Made by a program: the position numbers and the translations under genes. Positions 44,330-55,251 of a DNA stretch of 64,000 bases are shown here, piece by piece; positions within the stretch are counted from its first letter, which is position 1, and each line of letters starts with the position of its first letter. Source of the stretch: an uncultured Alphaproteobacteria bacterium (GTDB taxonomy: Bacteria > Pseudomonadota > Alphaproteobacteria > MPNO01 > DASWLB01). The stretch covers positions 841,193-905,192 of the forward strand of contig CAVZIN010000007.1 of assembly GCA_963775315.1 (NCBI GenBank). The letters are read 5' to 3'. Below the pieces are notes generated by a model. It worked only from the letters and a program-made list of their open reading frames with translations, did not search any database and had not been told where the DNA came from.

Positions 44330-45760
44330 ATGCTGGGCGGGGCCATGATCCGGGGGCGAAGCAGGATAACCCGCGTGCCGGCGGCCGCGCTCGCATGCGC
44401 GGGCATCGTGTTGGCCCTTGGCCTTGCGACGGCGGCGCCGGCGCCGGCCGAGACGCTTCAGGACGCCCTGGTTCAGGCCTACAATACGAGCCCGCGCCTC
44501 GCCGCCATCCGTGCCCAGCTCCGCGCGACAGATGAAACCGTGGCCCAGGCGATGTCCGGCTGGCGTCCGACCCTCACCCTTTCGGGCAGCGCCGGCGAGG
44601 ATTACAGCAATTCCGGCGGCGGGTTCGGCTCGGGACGTCGCCACACGACCCCCCGCAGCGGCTCGCTGTCGCTCAACGAGAACATCTATCGCGGCGGCCG
44701 CACCGAGGCCGCAATCAGTGTCGCCGACTACAACGTCAAATCCAATCAGGCGCTGCTGTTCGACACCGAGCAGCAGGTGCTGCTGGCCGCCGCCACGGCC
44801 TACATGGACGTGCTGCGCGACCAGGCGGTGGTCGAGCTCAACATCAACAACGAGAAGGTGCTGCAACGTCAGCTCGACGCGACGCGCGACCGCTTCCAGG
44901 TGGGCGAGGTGACGCGCACCGACGTGTCGCAGGCTGAAGCCAGCCTTGCCGGCGCGCACGCCGACCGAACGGCCGCCGAGGGCGCGCTCGCCAACTCACG
45001 GACCAACTACCGCGCCGTGGTCGGCACGTTGCCGGGGACGTTGCAGCCAACACAGGCGCTGGGCGGGCTGCCCGCCAATCTCAAGGAGGCGACGGCGCTC
45101 GCCGGCGACAAGGCGTTTCCGGTGCTGGAGGCGGCTTACACCGAGCAGGCGGCGCGGTCCAACGTCGACCTGATCTTCGGCGAGCTCCTGCCGCTCGTGA
45201 CGGTCGGAGGCAATCTGGCCGACGGGCGCGACACCAGCCTTCCGGGCTCGTTCAGCAAGACCGCCTCGCTTTCTCTCAACGTGACCGTGCCGCTCTACGA
45301 ATCGGGCAGCGTCTATGCCCGGGTGCGCCAGGCAAAGGAAACGGCGGCGCAACGGCGGAACGAGCTCGACCAGCAGGTTCGCACCTCGATCCAGAACGCG
45401 ACCACGGCATGGAACCAGCTTGAGACCGCACGGGCCCAGATCAACTCGTTCGCGGCGCAGGTGAACTCCAGCCAGATCGCCCTCAACGGCATTCAGCAGG
45501 AGGCCCAGGTGGGCCAGCGCACCGTTCTCGACGTCTTGACCACGCAGCAGACCTTGCTGACCGCCCAGGTCAACCTGGTGCGGGCGCGCCACGACTTCGT
45601 GATCGCGAGCTATGCGGTGCGCTCGGCGGTGGGAGAGCTTACCGCCCGGGATCTTAAGCTGCCGGTCGACTTCTACGACTACGTGCGGCATTACGAAGAG
45701 ACCCGCGACCGCTGGTTCGGCACCGGAATCAAGGCCGAGGACCAGACGACGGGGAAGTAG
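44330..45760 (+). CDS. tolC: TolC-family outer membrane efflux protein
   Basis: Signal peptide followed by a duplicated TolC repeat architecture. The N-terminal 257 codons of the 733-aa ORF are an artefact. Confidence 0.85.
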   Translation: MLGGAMIRGRSRITRVPAAALACAGIVLALGLATAAPAPAETLQDALVQAYNTSPRLAAIRAQLRATDETVAQAMSGWRPTLTLSGSAGEDYSNSGGGFGSGRRHTTPRSGSLSLNENIYRGGRTEAAISVADYNVKSNQALLFDTEQQVLLAAATAYMDVLRDQAVVELNINNEKVLQRQLDATRDRFQVGEVTRTDVSQAEASLAGAHADRTAAEGALANSRTNYRAVVGTLPGTLQPTQALGGLPANLKEATALAGDKAFPVLEAAYTEQAARSNVDLIFGELLPLVTVGGNLADGRDTSLPGSFSKTASLSLNVTVPLYESGSVYARVRQAKETAAQRRNELDQQVRTSIQNATTAWNQLETARAQINSFAAQVNSSQIALNGIQQEAQVGQRTVLDVLTTQQTLLTAQVNLVRARHDFVIASYAVRSAVGELTARDLKLPVDFYDYVRHYEETRDRWFGTGIKAEDQTTGK

Positions 45761-45824
45761 TTCGCGGCGTTTAGATTATGTAAACGCTGTTTGGCCACCT
45801 TGGTCGGAAACCCGGATTCAGGAC

Positions 45825-46625
45825 ATGGCCGATCCAAAGCCACAGCAGCAAGAGCCGTCGATGGAGGAGATTCTTGCCTCCATCCGGCGAATCATTTCCG
45901 AGGACGACGCCGAAGCGCCGATTCCCGCGGCCGCCGAGGCCGCCCCGAGCGCGGCCCCTCCCGTCGCGGAGCCGCCGCCCGAGGCGCCCCGGGAGGCGCC
46001 GACCCGTGCTGCGCCACCGGCCAAGTCCACCCCCGTGCGGCCCGTGCCGGTGGAGCCGGATGAGCCCGAGGACGTGCTCGAGCTGACCGACACCGTTTCG
46101 GAGAGCGGCACGGTGGTGCCGCTCGGCCCGCCTGCGCCGCCCCCGGCGGCAGCACCGCCGCCGCCCGCACCCGCTGCGAAGGCACCGCCACCCGTGCCTG
46201 CCGCAAAGGCGCCGCAGACCGCGTCTACGGCAAAGGCGCCCACACCCAACGCCAAGGCGCCGCCGGAGGAGGAAATCGAGCTCCGTGACGTCACCGAGGA
46301 GCCGCCTTCCATGCCTGACGCCCCGTCACGCTCGTCACCGCCCGAGCCGGAACCGGCCGCAGCCACCCGTGCCGCCCGCGAAACCGACCTGGTGTCGCAG
46401 GCGACGGCGCAGGCCGCGACGGCGAGCCTTGCCGCGCTGGCCCAGGCGGTTGACCGCCAAGTGTCCGGCGCGCCGCTCAGCGTGGGTGGCCACTCGCTCG
46501 AGGACCTGGTGAAGGAGATCATGCGGCCGATGATCCGCGACTGGCTCGACGCCCACCTCCCGGGCCTGGTCGAGCGGCTGGTCCGGCGCGAGATCGAGCG
46601 CATGGCGCACCACGCGCAGGAATAG
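45825..46625 (+). CDS. popZ: Pole-organizing protein PopZ (DUF2497)
   Basis: N-terminal MEEILASIRRIISEDD, a Pro/Ala-rich linker, and a conserved C-terminal helical region. Confidence 0.75.
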   Translation: MADPKPQQQEPSMEEILASIRRIISEDDAEAPIPAAAEAAPSAAPPVAEPPPEAPREAPTRAAPPAKSTPVRPVPVEPDEPEDVLELTDTVSESGTVVPLGPPAPPPAAAPPPPAPAAKAPPPVPAAKAPQTASTAKAPTPNAKAPPEEEIELRDVTEEPPSMPDAPSRSSPPEPEPAAATRAARETDLVSQATAQAATASLAALAQAVDRQVSGAPLSVGGHSLEDLVKEIMRPMIRDWLDAHLPGLVERLVRREIERMAHHAQE

Positions 46626-46692
46626 CGGGACCGCCTCGCGGTCCGGTCGAAGCGCGGTGACAAGCCGGGCCGGAACGCGCTAAACGTCCGCT

Positions 46693-49360
46693 ATGCTCGA
46701 AAAGACCTATAATCCGGCCGAGGCCGAGGCCCGCCAGTACGCCCGCTGGGAGGAGGCCGGCGCCTTCGCCTGCGCCGACACGCGGGGCGAGACACCGGGC
46801 GCGCGGGCCTACACCATCGTGATCCCGCCGCCCAACGTGACGGGCAGCCTGCACATGGGGCATGCCCTCAACAACACGCTGCAGGACATCCTGGCCAAAT
46901 TCGAGCGGATGCGCGGGCGCGACGTGCTGTGGCAGCCAGGCACCGACCATGCCGGCATTGCGACCCAGATGGTGGTCGAGCGTCAGCTTGTGGCCGAGGG
47001 CAAGACGCGCCAGGAGATGGGGCGCGAGGCCTTCATCGAGCGGGTGTGGAGCTGGAAGGCCGAGTCGGGTGGGACGATCATCGGCCAGCTCCGCCGGCTC
47101 GGCGCCTCGTGCGACTGGTCGCGCGAGCGTTTCACGATGGACGAGGGTCTGTCGCAAGCGGTCCGGCGCGTGTTCGTCACGCTCTACCGCGAGGGGCTGA
47201 TTTACAAGGACAAGCGGCTGGTCAACTGGGACCCGAAGCTGCACACCGCGATCTCCGACCTCGAGGTGGAGAACCGCGAGACGGTGGGGAAGCTTTGGTA
47301 CTTCCGTTACCCGCTGGAGGACGGGTCGGGGCACATCACCGTCGCGACCACCCGGCCCGAGACCATGTTGGGCGACACGGCGGTCGCGGTGCATCCCGAC
47401 GACGAACGGTACAAGGCCCTCGTCGGCAAGCACGTCATCCTGCCGCTCGTGGGACGGCGCATCCCCATCGTGGCCGACGAATATGCCGACCCGGAGAAGG
47501 GCGCGGGCGCGGTCAAGATCACCCCGGCGCACGATTTCAACGATTTCGAGGTCGGGCGGCGGCATGGGCTCCCGATGATCTCGGTGCTCGATTCCGACGC
47601 GCGCATCTCAGAGGAGGCGCCCGAGCAATTCCGCGGCCTCGACCGGTTCGAGGCGCGCGAGCGGGTGGTCGCGGAGATGGACTCGCTCGGCCTCCTCGAC
47701 AAGATCGAGGACAACGCCATGACCGTGCCCTACGGCGACCGGTCGGGCGTCGTGATCGAGCCGCGCCTCACCGATCAGTGGTACGTGAACGCGGCCGAGC
47801 TCGCCAAGCCGGCGGTGCAGGCGGTCGAGCGCGGCGCCACGGTCTTCGTGCCGCGCCATTGGGAGAACACGTTCTTCGAGTGGATGCGCAACATTCAGCC
47901 CTGGTGCATCTCGCGCCAGCTCTGGTGGGGTCACCAGAATTCCCGCATGGTACGGGCCGGACGGGCGCATCTTCGTCGCCGAGACCGAAGACGAGGCGAA
48001 GCGCGACGCCGCGAAGCACTATGGAAAGGCCACCGAGATCGCGCGCGATCCGGACGTGCTCGACACCTGGTTCTCGTCGGCGCTGTGGCCGTTCTCGACG
48101 CTCGGGTGGCCCGACGACACGCCGGCGCTCAGGCACCACTACCCGACCGACGTGCTGGTCACCGGCTTCGACATCATCTTCTTCTGGGTCGCACGCATGA
48201 TGATGATGGGGCTGCATTTCCGCGAGGAGGTGCCGTTCCACACGGTCTACATCCACGCGCTGGTGCGCGACGAGCGCGGCCAGAAGATGTCGAAATCCAA
48301 GGGCAACGTGCTTGACCCGCTGGAGCTGATCGACGCTTACGGCGCCGACGCGCTGCGCTTCACCTTGGCCGCGCTGGCGGCGCAGGGGCGCGACATCAAG
48401 CTCGCCCCCGCGCGCGTCGAGGGCTACCGCAACTTCGTCACAAAGCTGTGGAACGCGGCGCGCTATGCCGAAATGAACGGTTGCGCCGCGGTCGCCGGGT
48501 TCGATCCGGCCGCGGCCAAGCTCACCGTCAACCGCTGGATCGTCGGTGAGGCGGCGGCCTGCGAGCGCGCGGTCAGCGAGGCGCTCGGCGAGTACCGGTT
48601 CAACGACGCGGCGGGCGCGATCTACCACTTCACCTGGCACAGCTTCTGCGATTGGTATCTCGAGTTCACCAAGCCGATCCTCAACGGCGGGGACGAGCTC
48701 GCCGCGATCGAGACGCGTGCCACGACCGCCTGGGTGCTGGAGCAAATTCTCCACGTTGCCCACCCGTTCATGCCCTTCGTGACCGAGGAGTTGTGGACGA
48801 CGTTGGCGCCGGAAGGCGGCGCGCGCGCCTCGATGCTGGTGACCGCGCCTTGGCCGCAGCTCGGGCCCGCGCTGGAGGATGCGGCGGCCCGGGACGAGAT
48901 GGGCTGGGTGGTGCGGCTGATCTCCGCCGTGCGCGGCGTCCGGACCGAGATGAACGTGCCCGCCGGGGCCAAGATCCCGCTCGCCTTCGCCGGCGCGTCC
49001 GATATGACGGCTTCGCGCGTCGCCACTCATCGCGAGCTGATCGAACGTCTCGCCCGCGTGACCGACCTCGCGCCGGTCGCCACCCCGCCGAAGGGGGCGC
49101 TGCAGATCGTTGTTGACGAAGCGACGTTCCTGCTCCCGCTCGCCGGGGTGATCGACGTCGCGGCGGAGAAGACGCGGCTTGCGCGCGAGCGCGACAAGGT
49201 GGCGGCGGAGATCGCAAAGATCGACAAGAAGCTGGGCAACGAAAGCTTCGTGTCCCGCGCGCCGGTCGAGGTGGTCGAGGAGCAGCGCGAGCGCCGAGCC
49301 GAGTACGAGGCGACCCGGGCCCGCCTGGCCGAAGCGCTGGAGCGGCTGGCGTCGGTCTAA
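46693..49360 (+). CDS. valS: Valine--tRNA ligase, interrupted by an apparent +1 frameshift near 47937
   Basis: HMGH and KMSKS motifs. The N-terminal ORF (46693-48315) and C-terminal ORF (48056-49360) are collinear ValS halves in different frames. Confidence 0.9.
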
Positions 49361-49383
49361 ACGTCGCCTTTCTTGGGGAGCGC

Positions 49384-49406
49384 GGAGCCGGTAGGATCGC
49401 GGCTCC
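49384..49406 (+). terminator. Possible hairpin terminator downstream of valS
   Basis: GGAGCCG-N9-CGGCTCC inverted repeat about 25 nt after the valS stop. No U-tract. Confidence 0.3.
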
Positions 49407-49425
49407 CGCTGCAAGGGAGGCTGTT

Positions 49426-49890
49426 ATGGTCGGTTTCCTGCGTGTGCTGGCTTATGCGTGTGCGCTGCTCTCGATCGCGGCCGCCTCGGCGGACGCGGCT
49501 GGCGCGCGTCGGCCCGAGGCGCAATTCGTCGGCGCGGTCGAGATCAGCGGCTTTCATTTCGGCTATAGCTCGCCGGTGACCCTCGTCGTCGAGTCGCAAT
49601 CGCCGTTTCGTGCCCGCGTTCTCACGCCGCCCGTCGACCAGGTCGGAGATGCCGGCAAGGTCTACCTCGAAATCGCTCCTGTCGGGGTCGCGGAATGGTT
49701 CGTGATCACCCAAGGTCAAGCCAATGACCACGAGCTGTCGTTTTCGATGCCGACCGAGTACTGGCCCGAGGGTGCGGCCGTGAAGCTCGAACGGACCGAC
49801 GACGGCTATCGGAGCACCTTGATCTTCGAGCCACAAACCTTGGCTGGGCGCTCCGTTGTTGGACAAATTCTGCTGAAGCCGAGTCCCTGA
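49426..49890 (+). CDS. Hypothetical secreted protein
   Basis: Signal peptide and a GGGAGG RBS. Confidence 0.6.
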   Translation: MVGFLRVLAYACALLSIAAASADAAGARRPEAQFVGAVEISGFHFGYSSPVTLVVESQSPFRARVLTPPVDQVGDAGKVYLEIAPVGVAEWFVITQGQANDHELSFSMPTEYWPEGAAVKLERTDDGYRSTLIFEPQTLAGRSVVGQILLKPSP

Positions 49891-49978
49891 CCGTCCGGCG
49901 CTAGTCGTCCCCCTAGGCATGGCGCGGGGGCGCGTCTATGCTCGCGCCCTTCTAGTCAAAAGACGCCGAGGGGAGCAC

Positions 49979-51739
49979 ATGCCCGAAGGAACAACCGCCC
50001 GCACCCGCGCCCGTCCGGCGGCGAAGCGCATCGACAAGTCGCGCCTGCCGTCGCGCCACGTGACCGAAGGTCCGGAGCGTGCGCCGCACCGCTCCTACCT
50101 CTACGCCATGGGGCTGACGGAGGAAGAGATCCACCAGCCGCTGGTCGGCGTCGCGACCTGCTGGAACGAGGCGGCACCCTGCAACATCACGCTGTCGCGC
50201 CAGGCGCAGGCGGCGAAGAAGGGCGCGCGCGCTGCGGGCGGGACGCCGCGCGAGTTCACGACCATCACGGTGACCGACGGCATCGCCATGGGCCATGCTG
50301 GTATGAAGTCGTCCCTGGTTTCGCGCGACCTGATCGCGGATTCGGTCGAGCTCACCATGCGCGGGCATTGTTACGACGCGCTGGTCGGTCTCGCCGGCTG
50401 CGACAAGTCGCTGCCCGGGCTGATGATGGCGATGGTCCGGCTCAACGTGCCATCGGTGTTCATGTACGGCGGCACGATCCTGCCCGGGAAGTTCCGCGGC
50501 AAGGACGTGACGGTGGTCGACGTGTTCGAGGGCGTCGGCAAGTATGCCGCCGGCAATTTTTCGGCGAGCGACCTCGCCGAGCTCGAGGCGGTGGCCTGCC
50601 CGTGCGGCGGGTCGTGCGGCGGGCAGTACACCGCGAACACGATGGCCTGCGTTTCCGAGGCGATGGGGCTCGCGCTGCCCAACTCCGCCGGCACGCCGGC
50701 GTCCTATGAGTCGCGCGACGCCTTCGCCGAGCAGTCGGGTGCGGCGGTGATGAACCTGCTGCGCCTCAACCTCCGGCCGCGCGACATCGTTACCCGCGAG
50801 GCGCTGGAGAACGCCGCGATGGTGGTTGGCGCGACCGGCGGTTCGACCAACGCGGCGCTGCATCTGCCGGCGATCGCCAACGAGGCGGGCATCAAGTTCG
50901 ACCTGTTCGACGTCGCGCGCATCTTCAAGAAGACGCCCTACATCGCCGATCTGATGCCGGGCGGGCGGTTTACAGCGGCCGACATGTGGCAGGCGGGCGG
51001 CGTGCCGGTGGTGATCCGCGAGCTTCTGGACGCGAAGCTGCTGCACGGCGACTGCATGACCGTGACCGGCAAGACCATCGCCGAGAATCATCGCGGCGTC
51101 CGCTTCCCGGAAGGGCAGGACGTGTTCCACCGCATCTCCAAGCCGCTGTCCAAGACCGGCGGCGTGGTCGGGCTCCGCGGCAACCTCGCGCCCGACGGCG
51201 CCATCGTGAAGGTCGCCGGCATGAAGGAGCTGACCTTCCGCGGCAAGGCGCGCTGCTTCGACTGCGAGGAGGATGCGTTCGACGCGGTGGTGAAGAAGAA
51301 GATCAAGCCGGGAGAGGTCATCGTCATCCGCTATGAGGGGCCGAAGGGCGGCCCCGGCATGCGCGAGATGCTGTCCACCACCGCCGCGCTCTACGGCGAA
51401 GGAATGGGCGAGAAGGTGGCGCTGATCACCGATGGGCGCTTCTCGGGCGGCACGCGCGGGTTCTGCATCGGCCATGTCGGGCCGGAGGCGGCAGTCGGCG
51501 GGCCGATCGGGCTGTTGAAGAACGGCGACGTGATCGTTATCGACGCGAAGAAAGGCCGGCTCGACGTCGAGCTTTCCGATGCCGAGCTTACCCGCCGCCG
51601 GCGCAAGTGGAAGCCGCGCATGCACGACTATCAGGCGGGCGCGCTGTGGCGCTATGCCCAGACGGTCGGCTCCGCGCGCTGGGGCGCAGTGACCCATCCC
51701 GGCGCGAGCGCCGAGACGCACGTCTACGCGGACATCTAG
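49979..51739 (+). CDS. ilvD: Dihydroxy-acid dehydratase
   Basis: ILVD/EDD motifs (CDKSLPG, Cys ligands), 586 aa, GAGGGGAG RBS. Confidence 0.9.
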   Translation: MPEGTTARTRARPAAKRIDKSRLPSRHVTEGPERAPHRSYLYAMGLTEEEIHQPLVGVATCWNEAAPCNITLSRQAQAAKKGARAAGGTPREFTTITVTDGIAMGHAGMKSSLVSRDLIADSVELTMRGHCYDALVGLAGCDKSLPGLMMAMVRLNVPSVFMYGGTILPGKFRGKDVTVVDVFEGVGKYAAGNFSASDLAELEAVACPCGGSCGGQYTANTMACVSEAMGLALPNSAGTPASYESRDAFAEQSGAAVMNLLRLNLRPRDIVTREALENAAMVVGATGGSTNAALHLPAIANEAGIKFDLFDVARIFKKTPYIADLMPGGRFTAADMWQAGGVPVVIRELLDAKLLHGDCMTVTGKTIAENHRGVRFPEGQDVFHRISKPLSKTGGVVGLRGNLAPDGAIVKVAGMKELTFRGKARCFDCEEDAFDAVVKKKIKPGEVIVIRYEGPKGGPGMREMLSTTAALYGEGMGEKVALITDGRFSGGTRGFCIGHVGPEAAVGGPIGLLKNGDVIVIDAKKGRLDVELSDAELTRRRRKWKPRMHDYQAGALWRYAQTVGSARWGAVTHPGASAETHVYADI

Positions 51740-51749
51740 GGAGGTCGCT

Positions 51750-52298
51750 ATGACCGCCATTCCGTATTCCGAGCTCGGCCATGTCGGGATCTATGTCGAG
51801 GACCTCGACCGGATGATCGCGTTCTACGGCCGGGTGCTGGGCTATGTGGTGAACGACCGGGGTACGCCGCCCTTGGGCGGCAACGAGATGTGTTTCCTGT
51901 CCCGCAACCCGGACGAGCATCACCAGCTCGTGTTCATGGCGGGCCGGCCACAGGGCGTGCCGTCGCAGATCGTGCAGCTCTCGCACCGCATGCGCGGCCT
52001 GGGCGATCTCCGTGCGATGCACGAGATCGTCGCGGCCGAGCCAGAGGCGTCCGATATCCAGCTCCGCGCCCACGGCATCGCCTGGTCGATGTACTTCAAG
52101 GACCCGGAGGGCAACATCATCGAATGCTACGTGCCGTCGCCTTGGTACGTGCATGCGCCGTCGGCCGTGCCGTTCGATTTCGTCACCATGTCGGACGAGG
52201 AGATTTTCGCCCACACCCAGAAGGTGCTGGAGGGCAGGGCGGACTTCCGGACATTCGCGGACTGGCGCGCCGACGCCGCTGCACGGTTGGGCGCCTAG
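51750..52298 (+). CDS. VOC-family protein (glyoxalase/extradiol dioxygenase fold)
   Basis: 182 aa with a VOC domain. Confidence 0.8.
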   Translation: MTAIPYSELGHVGIYVEDLDRMIAFYGRVLGYVVNDRGTPPLGGNEMCFLSRNPDEHHQLVFMAGRPQGVPSQIVQLSHRMRGLGDLRAMHEIVAAEPEASDIQLRAHGIAWSMYFKDPEGNIIECYVPSPWYVHAPSAVPFDFVTMSDEEIFAHTQKVLEGRADFRTFADWRADAAARLGA

Positions 52299-52330
52299 GG
52301 CGGTCGGGTAACAAGAAGGGGAGGGAAATC

Positions 52331-53362
52331 ATGCGTCATCGTCTGATCCGGGCGGCGCTCGTCGCTGCCGTGGCGTCGTCCATGCCGCTCTGCGCCCAGG
52401 CGGCGCCGGCGGTCCTACGCCTCGCCGTGACGACATCGCCGCAATCGAAGATCAATACCTGGGGCCTGACGCCCTGGGCGAACGACGTGAACAAGGCTGG
52501 CGGCGGCGCGGTCGAGGTAAAGGTCTTCGCCGGCACGAGCATCGCGAGCAACGTCAACGTCTACGAGCGCATCCTGAGCGGCGTCGCGGATGCCGGCTTC
52601 GGCATATTCGGGCCGTTTGCCGGAATTTTCAAAAAGGTGAATGTCGCGGGCCTGCCGTTCCTCGCGCACGATTGCCTCGAATCGACCATGGCGTTGTGGC
52701 AGCTCTACCATTCGGGGCTGATCGCCGACGAGTTTTCGAAGGTCAAGGTGCTCGCCCTGTTCACCTTCCCCGCCGCTGCAATCAACACCAACAAGCCGAT
52801 CCGGACGGCCGAGGACCTCGCCGGCATGAAGATCGCGAGCTCGGACCGCATCATGAGCGAGCTTGTGTCGGCGCTCGGCGCGACCCCGGTGACCATGGCC
52901 CCGCCGGAGTTCTACCAGGCGCTCAACCGCGGTACCGTCTCGGGCGCCGCGGTCGGCTGGACCGCGATCATGACCTTTCGGCTCGACGACGTGACGCACT
53001 ATCACCTCGAGACCGATTCGGGCCAGTCGCCGGCCTTCGTGCTGATGAACAAGCGCTCCTACGCGCGCCTGCCCGCAGCCGGGAAAAAAGCGATCGACCA
53101 ATATTCGGGCGAGGTCTTCTTCCGGCGCATGGGCGAGCTCACCGTCCGCCAGACCGCGCTCGGCCGGAAGCTGACCGAGGCGAAGCCCAACCAGCACATT
53201 TCCGCGCTGAGCCCGGCCGAGGCGGCGCGCTGGACAAAGCTTGGCGAGCCGGTGGTGCGGCGATGGTTGGAGGCGACACCCGATGGCGCTCGCGTGCTCG
53301 CGGCCTATCGCAAGGCGATCGCGGCCTATCGTGCGGCGCATATGAAGGGCCACGCAGGGTAG
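52331..53362 (+). CDS. TRAP transporter solute receptor (DctP family), no DctQM partner nearby
   Basis: Signal peptide and the DctP fold. Confidence 0.8.
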   Translation: MRHRLIRAALVAAVASSMPLCAQAAPAVLRLAVTTSPQSKINTWGLTPWANDVNKAGGGAVEVKVFAGTSIASNVNVYERILSGVADAGFGIFGPFAGIFKKVNVAGLPFLAHDCLESTMALWQLYHSGLIADEFSKVKVLALFTFPAAAINTNKPIRTAEDLAGMKIASSDRIMSELVSALGATPVTMAPPEFYQALNRGTVSGAAVGWTAIMTFRLDDVTHYHLETDSGQSPAFVLMNKRSYARLPAAGKKAIDQYSGEVFFRRMGELTVRQTALGRKLTEAKPNQHISALSPAEAARWTKLGEPVVRRWLEATPDGARVLAAYRKAIAAYRAAHMKGHAG

Positions 53363-53381
53363 CGGGCAGGGGGCTTGACTC

Positions 53382-53413
53382 TTAACCGATATGTTAATTA
53401 ACATGACGGTTAA
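53382..53413 (+). promoter_or_regulatory. Palindromic operator (TTAACCG-N2-ATGTTAATTAACAT-N1-CGGTTAA) overlapping the ArsR start codon
   Basis: A perfect 14-bp palindrome nested within a 7-bp inverted repeat, in an AT-rich patch of a GC-rich genome. Confidence 0.6.
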
Positions 53414-53766
53414 TGACTGAGCCCGCCGCCCTCGACCGTACTTTCGCCGCGCTCGCCGACCCAACGCGCCGGGCCATCCTCGCCCAACTCGCCGACGGGG
53501 AGGCGACGGTGAACGAGCTGGCGGCGCCCTTCGATATCTCGCTGCCGGCGATTTCCCGCCATCTCAAGGTGCTGGAGACGGCGCGGCTGATCGTGCGCGT
53601 GCGCGATCGCCAGTTCCAGCGCTGCCGGCTTGCGCCCGCCGCGCTCGCCAATGCGGCCGATTGGCTCGAATTCTACCGCGAATTCTGGACCCGGAGCCTC
53701 GACCGGCTCGAGGCGCACCTTGCCAAGGAGAAATCCGATGCCAAGCCCCGCCGCTCACCTCGCTGA
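53413..53766 (+). CDS. ArsR/SmtB-family transcriptional regulator
   Basis: HTH_20 region (ELAAPFDISLPAISRHLKVL). Confidence 0.85.
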   Translation: MTEPAALDRTFAALADPTRRAILAQLADGEATVNELAAPFDISLPAISRHLKVLETARLIVRVRDRQFQRCRLAPAALANAADWLEFYREFWTRSLDRLEAHLAKEKSDAKPRRSPR

Positions 53767-54202
53767 CACGGCGCTCGTTATCACGCGTCTGCTCGATTCC
53801 CCGCCCGAACGCGTGTGGAAGGCGTGGACCGACCCGGAGGAGGCGGGGCGCTGGCTGGGGCCAGGCGGCTGGACCGGCCGTTTCTCGGCCGCCGGCCTCC
53901 ATCCGGGCGCAGATTATCGCATCGACATGCGCCACGAGGATGGCGACCTGGCGACGGCGGTGGGCTCGCTGCGCGAGGTCGTGCCGCCCGCGCGGCTGGT
54001 GTACAGTTGGGCCTGGCTCGGCGAGGACGGCAAGCCGGGGCGCGAGACGCTGGTGACGCTCAGCCTGCGCGCGGTCGGCGCGAAATGCGAGCTCACGCTG
54101 CGCCACGAAGGGTTCGAGAACGGCGAGGCGCGCGACAACCACACCGAGGGTTGGAACGGCACGCTCGACAAGCTGGTGGAAGTCCTGGCGGGGAGACGCT
54201 GA
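53738..54202 (+). CDS. SRPBCC (AHSA1-like) domain protein
   Basis: Typical ArsR partner with an AAGGAG RBS. Confidence 0.8.
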   Translation: MPSPAAHLADTALVITRLLDSPPERVWKAWTDPEEAGRWLGPGGWTGRFSAAGLHPGADYRIDMRHEDGDLATAVGSLREVVPPARLVYSWAWLGEDGKPGRETLVTLSLRAVGAKCELTLRHEGFENGEARDNHTEGWNGTLDKLVEVLAGRR

Positions 54203-54612
54203 TGGCGAGATATGCGGGCGGGTGTCGCTGCTCGGCGGTGCGCTACGAGACCGACGCCGAGCCGGTCATGGCGCTGCAATGCCAGTGCCGCGAATGCCAG
54301 CACGCGACCGGATCGGGTCACGGCAACTGGCTGGCCTTCCCGCTGTCGTCGATGACCATCCTCGGCAAGCCGGCGCGGTTCAACCGGCCGACCGACTCGG
54401 GCAACGCCTTCGTGCAGGAGTTCTGCAAGGATTGCGGCTCGCCTTTGTTCGGCCGGCCGAACGCGGTGAAGGATATGATCGGCGTTCTGGCGGGCAGCCT
54501 GGACGATCCGTCGCTGTTCAAGCCGCAAATGGCGGTCTACACGGCGAGCGGCCACGACTGGGACAAGCTCGACCCGGCCCTCGCGTCGTTCCCGAAAATG
54601 CCGGATCGGTAA
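54202..54612 (+). CDS. GFA-family protein (glutathione-dependent formaldehyde-activating enzyme / CENP-V fold)
   Basis: Cys-rich Zn-binding motifs (CRCSAV, CQCRECQ, CKDCGSP). Confidence 0.8.
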   Translation: MARYAGGCRCSAVRYETDAEPVMALQCQCRECQHATGSGHGNWLAFPLSSMTILGKPARFNRPTDSGNAFVQEFCKDCGSPLFGRPNAVKDMIGVLAGSLDDPSLFKPQMAVYTASGHDWDKLDPALASFPKMPDR

Positions 54613-54624
54613 GGGCGGCGCGGG

Positions 54625-55251
54625 TCAGCCGTGCTTGCGCACCACGATGTTGAACAGGTGCCAGCGCTTCATCCTGCCCTTGCCGGTCTCCGCGACGCGC
54701 TCGATCTCCTCGAGCATCTCGATGTCGAACGGTCGCAGCAAATTGTCGAGGTCGACGCGGGAGAGGATCGTGATCCCCGGGTTCGCCCATTCGTCGTTCG
54801 GCCCGTAGAGATGGCCGGCGAAGCGGCCGCCGTCGCGCAAGCTGTCGACGATCCGGCGCCATAGCGCGGGAAATTCGGCGGGCGGGACGAGGGGGAGGGC
54901 GAAGCTCGAATTCACGATGTCGCACTCCGGCCACTCGGCCGCCTCCATCCGGGCGCAGACCGGCTCCAAAAGCTCTCGATGGGGCAGGTCGGTCCGCGCG
55001 GCGAGGGCAGCGATCGCTTCGGGCTCCGGATCGATGGCGCGGACGCGGAAGCCGCGGCGCAACATCTCCACCGTGTCGCGCCCCGCGCCGCAGCCGAGGT
55101 CGACCGCGAACCCATCCCGGCGGTGGATGTGCTCGGCCTGCCAGCGGTCGAGGGCGTGGACCAGCGTGTGGCGCGGCGGGCGGTTCTCGACGCCGCGATA
55201 ATATGGGCCGAAGCGGCTGGGTCCCTCGCTCACCCGTCCGACAGCTCGCAC
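54625..55251 (-). CDS. Class I SAM-dependent methyltransferase
   Basis: DLGCGAGRD motif. The start is uncertain because the ORF overlaps xthA by 22 bp. Confidence 0.7.
   Translation of the reverse strand: MRAVGRVSEGPSRFGPYYRGVENRPPRHTLVHALDRWQAEHIHRRDGFAVDLGCGAGRDTVEMLRRGFRVRAIDPEPEAIAALAARTDLPHRELLEPVCARMEAAEWPECDIVNSSFALPLVPPAEFPALWRRIVDSLRDGGRFAGHLYGPNDEWANPGITILSRVDLDNLLRPFDIEMLEEIERVAETGKGRMKRWHLFNIVVRKHG

Noticed and set aside
45900-46350. Pro/Ala-rich repetitive DNA considered as a CRISPR or tandem-repeat array, here and in the SPOR gene 59700-60150
   Set aside because: These are in-frame low-complexity linker regions of PopZ and a SPOR protein. There are no regular repeat-spacer units and no cas genes.
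46693-49360. Two separate genes (46693-48315 and 48056-49360) instead of one valS
   Set aside because: Both halves are collinear with ValS. The junction is explained by a single inserted base, and the tail of the first ORF after WWGHQ is nonsense.
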